A DNA stretch of 64,000 nucleotides from Camelus ferus (lineage: Eukaryota), in assembly GCF_009834535.1 (NCBI RefSeq), contig NC_045698.1:1986001-2050000 (forward strand). Reading direction: 5' to 3'. A program made the translations under genes and the position numbers. Shown here piece after piece: positions 26,001-38,855 of this stretch; position 1 is the stretch's first letter, and each line of letters opens with the position of its first letter. The notes beneath the pieces are model-generated. The model had not been told where the DNA came from and searched no databases. It saw nothing but the letters and a program-made list of their open reading frames with translations.

Positions 26001-29000
26001 GTCTAACGTAGTGTCGAATATCTGCTGCTCTCGATCAGCTGCACCGCCGGCCTCCTTGACTTGGGACAAGCTCTCCAAGTCGGCAAAGGAGGGGCCACTT
26101 CCTGCCCCGACCCTCGCTGGTGTCCCGTGAGCGCCCTCCGCCCTCATCCTGCAGTTGCCGCGAGAGATCTGCATGCTTTTTCCTAAATCTCTGTAATCCA
26201 ATAAGCTTCTGTGTTTAGCAGCTTGTTTTGAAACGTGGATAGCACCCCAGCCTGTGTCTCCGCACCGCCGTTTGCAGGCAGGTGAGCGCCCGAGGGCCTG
26301 ATCATTATTCAGGCGACAGGCCAGCTCAGCCCCAGCCAGAATGTAATTTGTAATTAACTGTCATTTACTTCTGTCTGCATCGACTTGTTCAAAAGGCAAC
26401 GTACCGGGGCTGGTCACTCCTCTCTCACTGTTGTGGAGGGGACGCTCGTAACGTGGAGAAGCCCAGGCTTACTCTCCTGAGACCGAAGAGGGGCAGCTCA
26501 CGGAAATAACCCAACACGAGTCGTTTGCTCGATGAAACGGGATACACCGTCTTGCAGAAGAACCACCGACCGGCCGAGCCAGATAACTAACGACCAGAGT
26601 GAGCGCTCTCCCCAGCACCGCTTCTGCACTGCGGTCCTCACAAGGCGGTCTGTCCGGAGCTGGAGACTCTGATTTATGCTGGCTTTTCAGCTTAATTATT
26701 TGCTTGTCACACTTTTCATTAGGAGAAAAATAAACAGAATGTGTGCTGAGGCCTTGGATCGGGGTCTGTTTTCCCAAGATTGGCAAGTCATCCCAAGTTT
26801 GACTCCTTGGACGTTAAGAACGCTCTGAGTCCACTGGGACAGAAGAGACCAGGAGAGAGGAAGAGGCTGTGGGAGAGAAGCGTCAGCGCTTCCCGGCAGC
26901 TAGAGGCCTAACAAGTGCGCTGTCTGTTCCTTCATATGCTGGGAGGGCTCGGGGGTGGCTCAGACAGTCTTCAGGGAGAATAAACAGATCATCTTAAATG
27001 CTTAAGACGTTCACCGAGAAATCTCCAGACTCACCGCGCACAGGGATGCCTCAGGTCTGACCTGCTCCACAGGACTTTTTCTTCCTTCTCAGCGTGTCAG
27101 GCTGGTCAGGACGGAGGATGCCATGGTGTGCTTGTGAACAGAACCTGTGCCTTGAGTCCTCGGGCCCTGAGAGTCAGGCTCTTGACCTAACCCATTCCTC
27201 TCTCATCACGAGGCCCAAAGGCAGAGGCTGAGGATGGCCGGCTTATCTCAGAAAGCCTGGAGCCGCCTCACGCAGGCTGAAGGGTGCCCACTACATTATT
27301 TTCAAATGCATCAAGCAAATGAGGTCCGGACACAAAGAGGCGCTCAGACCCTGATCGGCAGAGCGTTCCTTGAATTTCAGCCTCCGACCCCAGAAGGTGA
27401 GAGGGTCACCACTTGACATTGCTTCCGGGTCACTTAGAAGCCCTGAGAACTCCCAGCCCTGCCCCGATAGCTGGGGGTACAAGCCAGCCCCGTGCAGAAC
27501 GCTATCGGTCCGGAGTGTGCGCTGTGCGGGGTGGGGGCGGTCTGGGCTGAGGAAGCCGGCGGGGAAGGGGGAGAGGCTTTGTTCGGACCACAAGTGTTGA
27601 AGCATCAGCCCCCAGGAGCGGCCTGGGGCGGGGCGCTGTGTCCCACCCCCGGGGCCACCCCGGGCAGCGCAGCAACCCTGTTGCCCGGCAGCTCGGACGG
27701 CCACTGCGGAGGGTCGGGATGCATTCCGCACTCGGCTTCCCCAGGACTGCCGAGCACAGACTCAGCCCTGACCTGACGCTCCCTTCCCTGCTGCAGTGGT
27801 GAAGGCGGCCCCGCCCCTTCGGACCTGAGCCTCCAGCCTCGCGTGCCCAGCTCTGCTGACCCACCCCGCGGGGCGGCCGCGCGGCTGCAGCCCTCCGCGA
27901 CCAAGGCCCGCTCACTCTCTCATCTTGTCTTTTCCCCTTAGCTTCCTTGCCTTTGGTTTACATCCAAGTCGCACAGAAATAAGAGATGACAGTTGTTACA
28001 GATATGCCGGTTTAATTACTTGTCAGCTTACGCCCGGTATCTCGGCCAGCTGACGCCACAGCTTAACTTGCTTCTGGTGGCTTAAAACCTGACCGCTTGC
28101 TGCAGCCTTCGTACTTCGCCCTACAACTCTGGGTACGTCTACGATAAAAGCATGAAACGGACCGGCAGCCTTTCCGATTTGCTGGCAAAAGCCATCAGCC
28201 TCCGGTGCCCCTGATTCCACAGAGATCTCGAGTGATGGGAGATTACACGGCCATGCTGACCTTCGAGGGAGCAAGGATGCATTTTAATTCCATTGTGTAA
28301 TTTCCCGGAGACGACACTAACGCGCCCCTGAGCCAGCACAGCGGAAATGAAGCAGCACCGCCACCCTCGCGGTCAGGCGGAATTAGAGTCAGGAGGATAC
28401 ACGTTCATAAAGGGATCTCTCCAGCCCTGCTCCCCTCCCTTCCCAGGTCTAAAGGAGAATCTAGACACACTTGCAGGTAAACACTGTTGTCTGCCCGGGT
28501 GCCCACCGATGCCTTCTGTACGGCCTCAGCTCTTCTATTTGATGCGGGGTTAATTACGTGGCATCTCAGCTTTGAACCTGCTCAACAGACCTGTCCCCCT
28601 GGCTCCTGGCCTCGGTGTGCAGGGCCCTCGAAGTCCCCAGAGAAAGGCTCGAGATTAGATCTGGTGCTGGACCGGTGACAGTCCATGAGAAGCGCAGGTG
28701 GCACCCTGACCTCTCCCCGCTCCCACCCCAGCGTCCTCCAGCAGGTTTGTAGGTTATTGTTGGCTTTTTCAGCCCAATCTTTGTGATCCACCGAGACACC
28801 TAGTTTCCACTGACCGCGAGTCCCTTCCTGGCTGCCAGCGGTTCCCTAAAGCTCCACCCAGGCTGCCACAGCCAGGTCCCGGGAGGACACGGGGAGCTGA
28901 GGGGCCCTCTTCCTGGTCCCTGGTGCATCTTGGTCCCTCAGGTGTGCATCGGAGGGTGGGGTCACTGTTTGCCACTTAAGCTCCGGGTCTCCAGTTTACT

Positions 29001-29899
29001 TTAGGAATTTCGGGAAGGCCTCTCAGACGAGCCATCCCTCGTAGCTGGCTTTCGGTGAAGCCAGAGGCTGCAGGCTGAGAAGCTGGCCTCCAGGCCTGGG
29101 TGAGCGTGGCTCTTCTTGCCTGCCTGGTCCTGGGACGCAGCCAGCTCTCTGCCTTCTGGTACGGAGGTGCCCTGTTCCTTCCCGGTGCTTTGCAAAGACG
29201 TCTTCCAGGCTCACAGCTCCTGATAAAGCTGCCCCACCCAGAATCTTGAAGCGAAAACTTGGGAAAGTTACAGCAAGAGAGCTGGAGTGTCATCCTTCCC
29301 AAGGCAACATCCAGAAGCAACTGTCCGAGCGTACACGCAAAGGCGCGCCCCGAGAGGCGGGGGCACGCGTGCTGGAGGCCCAGGCGGTGTGGGAGGCTGG
29401 CACGGAGGCTTTGTGCCCTTGGAAGCGAAGTCCACTTCCAGTGTTCACCCAGGGATGGCTGGGAGAAAAGTTAATTGATGTGACAGCCAAAAAGGTCACT
29501 TGTTTTGTTCAGTTCTTTGCCTCTGGGCAGGGCAGCCCAGCTCTGAGGATGCCCCTGGGCAGAGGATGTCCCGGCTGCAGGAGGCAGAACCGAGCCAGGG
29601 TTGCATCCTGCAGGGTCAGCTTGGACACCCTGGAGCCAGCACAGCAGGGCCACGCTGCTCTGAACGCAGGAGGGGTCCAAGGGCTCCGTCTGCCAGCTCA
29701 CCTCTGGCTTGGAATGTTCCCCACCCCCACCGCCCAGCATCTCATGTTTACAAACAAGATAAAACAACACAAGGGGAAACACACCAAAAAACTCCTCCTC
29801 GGCCAGCAAAATAAAGCCAAGGGGAAACCCGGGGAGAGGCTCAATGTCACTGTCCCTGGTGGAAGCACAGCCTTGTGCCCACTGCTATTTGACATTGCT

Positions 29900-30440
29900 G
29901 AAGGTTCATCTTGATTACTTTCAATAAAATCCCAAGTAAGGATGACTGTCTTGGCTCACTAAGCAACAAGGTTTTATCACTAATTACAATCCTTTATTAC
30001 CAGCGGTTTAATAGGTTTATGATCGGCCATAAAGCAATTCGGCACGGGGTACATAACGGGAACGGCTTATACAGCTGTGACAGCTTAATATCTATTCATT
30101 GTAATCATTTTATGATCTTTAATGGTAGTATTTTTTATTAAAATATGTACATATGCCTTAACATGGGCTGTGTTGCCACCAAAACTGGGAGGCGGAGTGA
30201 AAAATCACATAAATATATACTAAAATACTTAATGAGGCATTTTGAAAACTTCTATTGTGAAGAGCATGTCGACTACATCACATGTGTGGAGTCTCATTAT
30301 GGGTAATTATAATAAAATTATAAGTGCTGTAATAATTCTAACCTTGAAGGCACAATAAAGGATGCTCACGTTTGCCTGCCTTGCCCACACATCTGAGGCA
30401 TTTTCTTCATTAATTATATTTCACATAGAATAATTATGTT
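29900..30440. promoter_or_regulatory. Candidate developmental enhancer/CNE
   Basis: AT-rich non-repeat island with multiple TTTAT/ATAAA cores (29993, 30016, 30025-30033, 30108, 30134), TGACAG (30078) and many TAAT. Confidence 0.45.
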
Positions 30441-31359
30441 GCGTAAGACTGAAATTCCAAGACATCTGCTGAGTTCCGTGAACCCCAGCCTCTCCCGGCG
30501 AGCGTTCCTGGGCTTAATCGCACTACCATCCAAGGGTGTGTCCGAGAGACGCAGTGTGTGGTTTACACACTTGAAGTGGGGGCTGGTCGTTGGACTTAAC
30601 TTTACCTGCAGCCCAGTGAGCAAAGGCAGGGCGTGGGCGAAGAAGAGCGGGTGACCTGGGGTGGCGTCCTGCGGGGGTCCACCGCGCAGCCAGCCCAGCC
30701 TGCGGCTCCTCCTCCCCACGCACCCCCCCCAAACCCCCAGCGCTGGCCTTCTGAGCCCGGAATGGCCAGCCCGGGGGCAGGGCGGCCAGAGGCAGCGCAG
30801 ACGCGCATCCCTGTTGTTCTGTCACTATTCGAAAAAAAAAAACCTATTCGTCTGTGCAGTTATGACCCACATACTTGATTTCTTTCTTTTTCATTTCTTT
30901 TCTTTCTTCCTTTCTTTCTTTTTCTTTTTTCCCGGCACAAGGATCATCCTAGCCCTGGGTCTGAGAGAAAGTCCTTGATTGGAAAATGGATTGAGACTTC
31001 AGATGGTAAGTGATTTGGGAGCTGAAAACTAGCACCAAGATTACAAGTTGACTAATTGTACAAAATATGTATTAATATTTATTGAGCCTATTCGGGCTCC
31101 TCAGCTTAGGGACGGGGCAATACGGGGTGACTGCTCTTTCCCGAGTGCACACACACACCCCTCGCCCTTACACGCGAAAAATGCTCCTAAAGTCGACTTC
31201 TGTTTCCAGGCTGGTGATGGAGTCCTGGAGCCTGAGCCTCCCGCCCTAGCACCTCCCCACCCCCACGCCTCCGGCAGGGATTCTGTCCTAGGGAGGAGCG
31301 CTTTCTGAGCACCTCAGAAGCACCTCGGACTGCAAGAGAGCAAAGCCACAGAGACTGCA

Positions 31360-31965
31360 GTGCAATTTTACTAATTTAAATTGATTGGACAAAGCCCATT
31401 TAAATTATAAAGCATGTTGGCGACACACATTTTGTAACTTTCAAGTCTAAGAGTAACTTAACCAAGGCCAAAAAAGAAAACAAAAAATAGAGAAAGAAAG
31501 AAAAAGAAAAAACCCAGCTGAGGTTCTCAAGGGAATTACTTCAGTGAATAGACCGGAATGATTTGTAATTAGCATATAAATTGTATGCATGTAAATGATG
31601 CTTCTAAAAGGTATTTGAAAAGTTTATTTTCTTAAGTATTTCAGATCAGACCCCCTGCAACCTTGTTTACAGTACTGACTTGCACGTTCATGAAAAAGAT
31701 TTGCAGTGCAAAAAAAAAAAAAACTTCAATCTGGGTCCTCCCTTCTTCCCCATCCCCCACGTTTGTCCTTTATCACAAATTACAAATTAGTGGCTTACAA
31801 ATTAATGAGGTTTTTACAGTATTCAGTCAAATCATGCAATAAAAAGCTTTAATACAAACACTGGAGCTTGATTATTATAATTTATTTAAATGGAATGCAC
31901 TGTTTGCTAAATTTCATAGAACTGGAATCAATGTGTAATTTAAAGTTAATTTTAACACAGAGAAA
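31360..31965. promoter_or_regulatory. Candidate developmental enhancer/CNE
   Basis: AT-rich non-repeat island with TGATTGGAC (31382), ATTAGCAT (31568) and dense TAAT/TAATT. Confidence 0.4.
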
Positions 31966-32599
31966 CAGAAGCGCCTGGCTCTCCGGTTGGGTGGCAGTCT
32001 GCTCCACCCTTCTGGTGGAAACAGCAATTTGGGGCTTTACAGCAACACAGCCTTTGAAGTGATGGACCGGCCAGCTCGGAGGACAGGATCCTATATGTAG
32101 GGTCAGATTTGCACAGCCCCAGGTGTAGACTAGATCACGTGGGAGCTTTGAGCCTTGCAAAGGCACCTGTTCAGATAAACATCACTAAATACCGAGGTAG
32201 TCGCCCACAGGGGTTGAGCAGTGACCTCGCCTTCCTGTTAATAACCCACTGCATCCTGCCTGCAGGTGACAGACACGAGGCACCGGCTGTCTTTCCAGCC
32301 CTTGGGCATTTGCTTGGTATGGGAAAGCAACACATCCCGTGTGTGAGGGCTGCAGCCCGCAGCGCTACGATCCTTTACTGGGTGTGGACAGGGCCATGTT
32401 TTCCTTTGCTGCAGGGCCCTGGCACCAAACGCCAGACATCCCGCCTCGATCCCCGGGAGCAGGACACCACCTTCGCTGACGCTGTTGGTGTTCCGTGTGG
32501 AACCACTTTGGAAACACGGGTGTGAGGCTGTCTTCATCCATCAATGAGCCATCAGTTCCCTTCACTCTTCATTTGGTTTGATTTGCCTTTTTTTAATTA

Positions 32600-33372
32600 A
32601 CTCGTTTTTAAAGTAAAAGAACTAAATCCACATGATCAAATTCAAATAGTTCAGAGTCTCCCTCTCTCCTGGATAATCGCTCTTGGACAGTTTCTCTCCA
32701 GAGAAACTTGGATCCACACCTGGCACCTCGCTCTCCTGTCACCGCAGCAGGGACGCACCCTCCCTGTTGAGTAGCAGGTAAGGGCTCACCGGGGACTTTC
32801 CCTCCCGGCTCCCATGCACCTGGCATCCCTGTCTTTCCAGCACCTCCCTGGTGTCCGCCCACACCTTAATTTATCCTGCCATTCCTGTGATAATAGACAT
32901 TTTTAGCTGTTTCCAGTTTTGTTTTGTTTTTTCAAAGCTGCTGTGAATCATGCTTACTGGTTTTTATGTGACTTCAGGGCAAATTTATAACAGTAGAATT
33001 TTACCGCCAGCAAGTTGGTATAATTAAAATGTGCCCCCTGTTACCAAATGGTCTCCCCTGGAAGCTCTGTATCACAGGAGAGGACATGTTTTATACTCTG
33101 GTTGATGATAGGAGTTTTAAAATTTTTCATTGTTTTTTAAAATTATTTGTCAAGTGGAAAACGGGCATCTAAATGTTATTTTGATTGCATTTTTTAATAA
33201 CGAGTCAAATTGAGTCTTTTGTTTAGGGATCTATTGAACTTCCAGTATTTTTTTTTTTTCTGTGAACTCTAAAGTTCACATCTTTTGCTTTTTTTTTTGC
33301 TGGTAAACTTTGTATGTTTTTCTGATTGATTTCTCAAAGCTCTTTATAACACCAGAAAATAGCCCCTTGTCC
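32600..33372 (-). mobile_element. Old LINE-1 (L1ME-like) fragments
   Basis: 'agacatttttagctgtttccagtttt...gctgctgtgaa', 'ttttgattgcatttttta' and 'tctgtgaact...ttcacatcttttgc' resemble antisense old-L1 ORF2/3' sequence. Confidence 0.6.
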
Positions 33373-33387
33373 ATGGAATTGGTAAAT

Positions 33388-33490
33388 TGGTAAAATGGGG
33401 AACAATGACATGGAGTTTCGGGGAGATTAAATGCGCAGAGTGTGTGGAACACGGCCTGGGGCAGAGCCGGGCACAGCAGGGGCGCACGCC
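33388..33490 (+). mobile_element. MIR fragment
   Basis: 'gtaaaatggggaacaatgac...ggagattaaatg...cgggcacagcagg' matches the MIR core and 3' part. Confidence 0.6.
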
Positions 33491-36400
33491 TGTGCTTCTC
33501 CAGATTTGGTGATTTTTTTACTGTCTTTCCCCGATGGCCTGTGGGTTGGGTGTCCTCTGAACCTCTAACCCTCTACGAGACGACGCATAAATAAAGTCAG
33601 TTACGTCCACCGAGAATCCACGTGGGGATGCACGTGGAATGGACTTTCTCAGACCCATGGTGGTCTTGAAATATGCCTCCTCTTCTGTGATAACTGAGAT
33701 AAAAATGGAGTGAGTTGAATATTTCCTGGTAGGAAGAGTGCGAGAAAGCCCAAGTCAGACAAATGTTCATCTTTCACCTTAACGCAAGGGGCAAATGATT
33801 TCCTTTCCTTGTCAAGACAGAAATCAGAACTCAGAAGTCGTGCAGCGTCACTGCTGCTCTGTGCTCAGGGCAGCTGATGGGGCCCGTGCAGACTTCGGCT
33901 ATGTCTAAGATCCTCCAGGAAGAGAAATCCTCCACCCTCTTACCCTATAAAATGTCCATTCAGGTGATGGAGACAAACTAGCTGGTTCTTGTGTCTTCCC
34001 GGATCCGTGGTCCCAACTGGGGGCTGCTCTGCCCCCCAGGGGGCTACTGGCAATATCTGAGGGCATTCCTGGCGATTGCAGCTGGGGAGGGGCTGCTCCG
34101 GGCAGCTCAGAGGTAGAGTCCAGGGCTGCTGTTAGCCTCCTTCGAAGCACAGAACAGGCCCCACTGCAAAGAAATGTCCTGCCGGAAATGTAACCAGTGC
34201 TGAGGATGACAGATGCTGTCCTGGACCAGGACCCACGTGGGGACAAGAAAGGTACCACTCCACCCCTGTCCACAGGGTTCAGGCCTCTTCTCTAGGGCCT
34301 CGCGCCTGACAGCACAGGTCCCGTGGCCACCAGCTCTCCTGTCCCTGGCGTGGACCTCCTGCCCTGCCATCGCCAGCTCCAGGGCCAAGTGGAGGCCAAG
34401 CTCTCACCCCTCACTTTGCAGCATCACCTCAATGGGTCTCCCCAAAAACCAATGAGGGGTCTCAAGTTTGCTCTCAATATTAATGAATTATACCCACTAA
34501 CCACCCTCCTAAGAGCCTGGATGACTCAGACGGGCATTGCTGTTTGTCTTCCTTTAGCATTTAAATGGATTTAAATCTTTTAATTACATTTTAAATATTC
34601 ATATTTTACACATACGTGTAAATTTGCAGTAAAGCTCTTACGCAGAAAACTTTTGGAAGCACACAGGCTGACTTATCACACAATACTTTTTTTTTCCCCT
34701 GAAATTTCAAGGTACCATAGTGGGCAAAAGACTACCTCTTAGGAGTGAGTCAGATTGACACCGGGGACAAGAACTGTCAGAGCCACCAAAGCTGAGAGGG
34801 TCAGATTTCTTTAGGAAAGCCACAACTTTGGCGTTAAGACTAGAGATTGGGTAACTCCGTGTTCCTGCTTCTCTGGGAACTTTGAGTCACGCAGAGTGAG
34901 CGAGACTCAAGACAGGAGAGGTGGGGCCACGGGACGAGGATGCCGAGTCTCAGAGGAAGGACACAAGACAGTGACAGACGGACAGAGGGCATCGCCACGC
35001 CGGCAAAGCCACGCCGCCCACACGTGCAGGCGGTCCCGTGCGGGGCAGAGAGCCAGGGCCACTGCTCCCCTGCAAAGAGCGCCTAGTTTGCGCCACTGAC
35101 AGAGGCGGGGAAGTGTGCCAAGGCTTTTGGAAGTAGTGTTACCAATATAGTTAAGGAAAGAAAAATTGTTTCTTAGATGAGTAAATGGCAAAATTCACTC
35201 ATTCGGGGCACTTCATCAGCCAGAGTGAACCGATGAGGAGACGCATCCGGAGTCGGGGGGAAACTGTCTGAATCCAGGGCAGGAAGCGCTGGCTGCGATC
35301 ACAACAAGCCTCGCACTGCGACAGGGCGAATCCGTGTCCGAAAGACGGATGCAGTGTCTCTGTGCGTCTGCCTTTTCTGGAATATTCAGACGGACTCGTG
35401 TCCTACGAGAGCATTCGCGCCACACTGAGTAAGTTATTCCTCCTCACGGGGTGAAAACACGCCACGGCAGGAGGCGCTCCTGGCACGGAGGAGGCCGGCG
35501 CGAGCGCGGGGCGCCCGGCGAGGAAGGCTGTCACGGGGCCAGCCGCTCCCCGCATCTGTGACTGCGCTCACCTAGGCCTTTTTATTTTTCACAAGTGTCT
35601 TGCAACGAAGGATTCACAGTGAATCACCACCAGTACAGCTTTACTCAACACTCTGATCATGAAGTTTACTTTTTGAGGGGACAAAACTTATTTTGAAATT
35701 ATATTTACTTAAAATAAATTATAAATCAGGAGATTGGCTCTTAAATTAGAACTCAATATATACTTTTTCCTATCTTTTCTTTCCCTCTCTCTTTAATGTA
35801 CAAATTGTATAAATGTGTAAAGATGATGCAAATAGGTCTATAAATTCATGGTGCTGTGTGCATTTATAAACACAGAGAGGTAAACACTTCATTAATGGTA
35901 AATACTTATGTATGAATCAAGATTCTGATAGTATTTCCTTCTGGAAATAAGTTTTATAGAGTAAGTCATGTTTTTTGTCATACTTATAAAGGATGGAAAA
36001 TTGTTGATTGGGCTGGTTTTGTGGACAATATGACGTAAAAGGCAACACATAATGTTGGGGGACCCCAGGGGAAGCCTCCTTGCGTGTGAACCCATAGATA
36101 TGACAAAGCAAGGGGTGTGAGCTCTTTTCTGTTTATTTCTGTTTATTTATATTATTTCTGTAAAGGATGCATTTTGTTGATGGGCTACGTGTTTGCTTTT
36201 AGGCGCACAGCTTTGTCTAAGACATTCCCAGACACTGGTGAGAGTGTTAAAGCTCACGCTGGGGGGTCTGAAATTTCCGAAAGAGTGTGAAGCTTTCCGT
36301 GTGGACTGTGCGCGGGAATCCGCACCGCGGGGCTGGTTCTCCCAAGATGCTGGCGGAGACGCTGTCACCGGAAGCCTCCCCTCCCGGGTGAGGAGCGGCC

Positions 36401-38052
36401 CTGCCTGCTGGCCGCAGCTGCGGGCCTGCGGCCCCCGCCTGCACTCTTGCCCTCGACACACCGTTCCGTTGTCCCCAAATCGCTTAATTGCTTTCAGCTT
36501 CTGTTTGTCTGTCTTTGCACTGCTGGCCCTGTGACCTCGCGTCCCTGATGGGGCTACGAAGGATTGTTGATGTTCAGTGAATTTAGCCTTTCCTGTGGTG
36601 CGGGTGGGAACCTGGATCTCCAGGCCAGAAACCAGAACTTTCCTGCCCCTCCTCGCACGTCTCTGAAACCTGGTTCCCAGGCAGGGACACAGCGTTCATT
36701 TCTTCTGCACACCTTCCTGAGCTCACACGGCGCTGGGCTCCGGGGCGCACAGGATCCTGCCCCCAAGGGAAGATGAGGGCAGAGGTGGGCCCTGGCCCAG
36801 GGGGCGTTGTGTGAAGGGGGGGCGGGACGCTGGGTCAGAGGAGAAGACAGCTTGGCACGAGGGCCAGCAAGTCCCTGGCCGATCGACTGAAGACTGACCT
36901 GCAGGCGTGAGTGTACAGGGTACAAAGTCTCAAGCTAGAAGAACTAGTTTCAAATAAAATGCATCAATGAGGGCACCATTCCTAGGGACAGGCCGAAGGG
37001 ACCGTTCCCCACGCCTCCAGAGGGGCTTGGCATTCAGCTGCCAGCCCGCTGGCCTGCAGAGACGTGTCTGGAACCCTTCTTGGAGGTGAGTGACCCCCAT
37101 GTGCCAAAACAGGGGCGAGGAATGTTCTTTGGCAGGAGACCCCGTTTGCAGGGCCTCGGTGGCCTCTGTTGGGGGAAATCAAAGTTTGTCCACTCCCCTC
37201 GCGTCTCCCGCCGAGAACTGAGAAGTTTCTTTATCCTCGCAGAGGGGAGAGGCCAGAGTGCTCACCCTCCCGGGGTGGGCGCGTCTTTGAATGAAAACGT
37301 CAGAATCTCGACGTGGGTGCGGGTCCCTGTCACTGTCGGCTTAGTTGACACGCAGCCGTGGTGTTTCCAAGTCTCCATTTAATTGATTTTTTCAGGTTGG
37401 CCTGGATCACAGTCTGTGTTCCTGTCAACTTTTTAGAAGTTTCTGGAGATTACGTCCGGGTAGCCACTTTGCAGAGTCCATTGGGTTACTTTGTTACTCA
37501 CAATATCACGGAAACCACAAGACACACACGAGGTCACTGTTTAGTACTTCTTGTATGTTTGCATGTTATCAATTACATTAAATTATTTTAGCCTGTAAGC
37601 AGTCCAGTTTTGTGAAAATGATAGTTTTTCCCAACATCCCACTCCCCTGCCAGGGGACAGGAAAGGAGTTGAGGATTATTTGCCCCCAGTAGCTCAGTGA
37701 TGAGTCTACACCATCCAGACTGCATGATGATCATGAGGACCGCGGGCCGTGGGCCTTACACGCCGGTTGTTGGTCCAGAGTGACTGAACGTGTGTTGGAA
37801 ACAGGTGGTGGATGGTGGCGGGTCACTGGCTCTCCTCCGCTCATTCGGCCTGAGGAGCTGGGCTGGTAGCAGGCTGAGAGTCCGGTTATAACCAACCTAA
37901 AAGGGACCAGACTCGCACCCGGCCTCACCTCCATGCTGTGACGTTCCTTCAATTGTGCAGCCAATTCATGTAAATATATCCTGTACCTTCTGTTTTATGT
38001 ACAAAACATGTTACGTCTTTTCTGTAACACAGACACAATTTTGCTTCTAACG

Positions 38053-38138
38053 GCCATCTTATTTGCATATCATTGGATAAGTTGATGACTTATGTAAATA
38101 CATCCCCAACTTATCCAATGATATGCAAATAAGATGGC
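38053..38138. repeat. Perfect 32-bp inverted repeat with 22-nt spacer (degenerate arms extend to 38025-38166)
   Basis: gccatcttatttgcatatcattggataagttg (38053-38084) is the exact reverse complement of caacttatccaatgatatgcaaataagatggc (38107-38138). Confidence 0.97.
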
Positions 38139-38739
38139 TCCTAGGAACAAAACTCTGTGTTTATTATCCATGGGCTACTTCAGAAGTGACATGGGAGATC
38201 GCCTATAGGATCTGTTCTGAGGTGACCGACTTCTCCTTTCTTGTTAACACAGCTTCTTGTATTTTGACTTTTCTGCTTCCTCTTTCACTCATACACGCCA
38301 TTGCTCCGTCAGATCGTGACCCTCCATTTACTGTCCTTGAACTATTTTAAAAGGCATGACTGTAACTTTCAGAAACGTTTTCATTTTTCACGTGGTGACG
38401 TGCGTGGCATCAAGATATTAACACATCTCCAAAGTCATCCTTTCGGCCTGATTTGGGGCCCAGGAAAATCAGTCCTCGACGTAAGCCAGGAACAACAGCA
38501 GGTGACAAGAGGGGACGCAGCGGACCCTCTAAGCTGTCACCTAGTGGTGTCGGCTCAGAACCTCGTAACTCCTCTCCTCACGAATGCACACAGATTCCAG
38601 GAGACTGTACGATGTGTTGCCTTTTTACATTGTGACCTAACATTTAAAATGCAACTTTAAGTTGTGTCGAAAACGTAGAAAATGGAACGTCTAGCTCTAA
38701 CTGTAAGGCTTGTGTGGTTTTCTATATAAAATCACATAA

Positions 38740-38855
38740 ATATATGATATATTTGATAAGATATACATTTATCAAAACTTATCTAATTGTGCACTTAAAA
38801 TGGGTATATTTTGTTATGTGCAAATTATAGCTCAACAGTGTTGGTTTTTAAAAAT
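38740..38855 (+). mobile_element. Old LINE-1 (L1M) 3' terminal fragment
   Basis: 'atacatttatcaaaacttatctaattgtgcacttaaaatgggtatattttgttatgtgcaaattatagctcaa' is a typical L1M 3' end. Confidence 0.75.
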
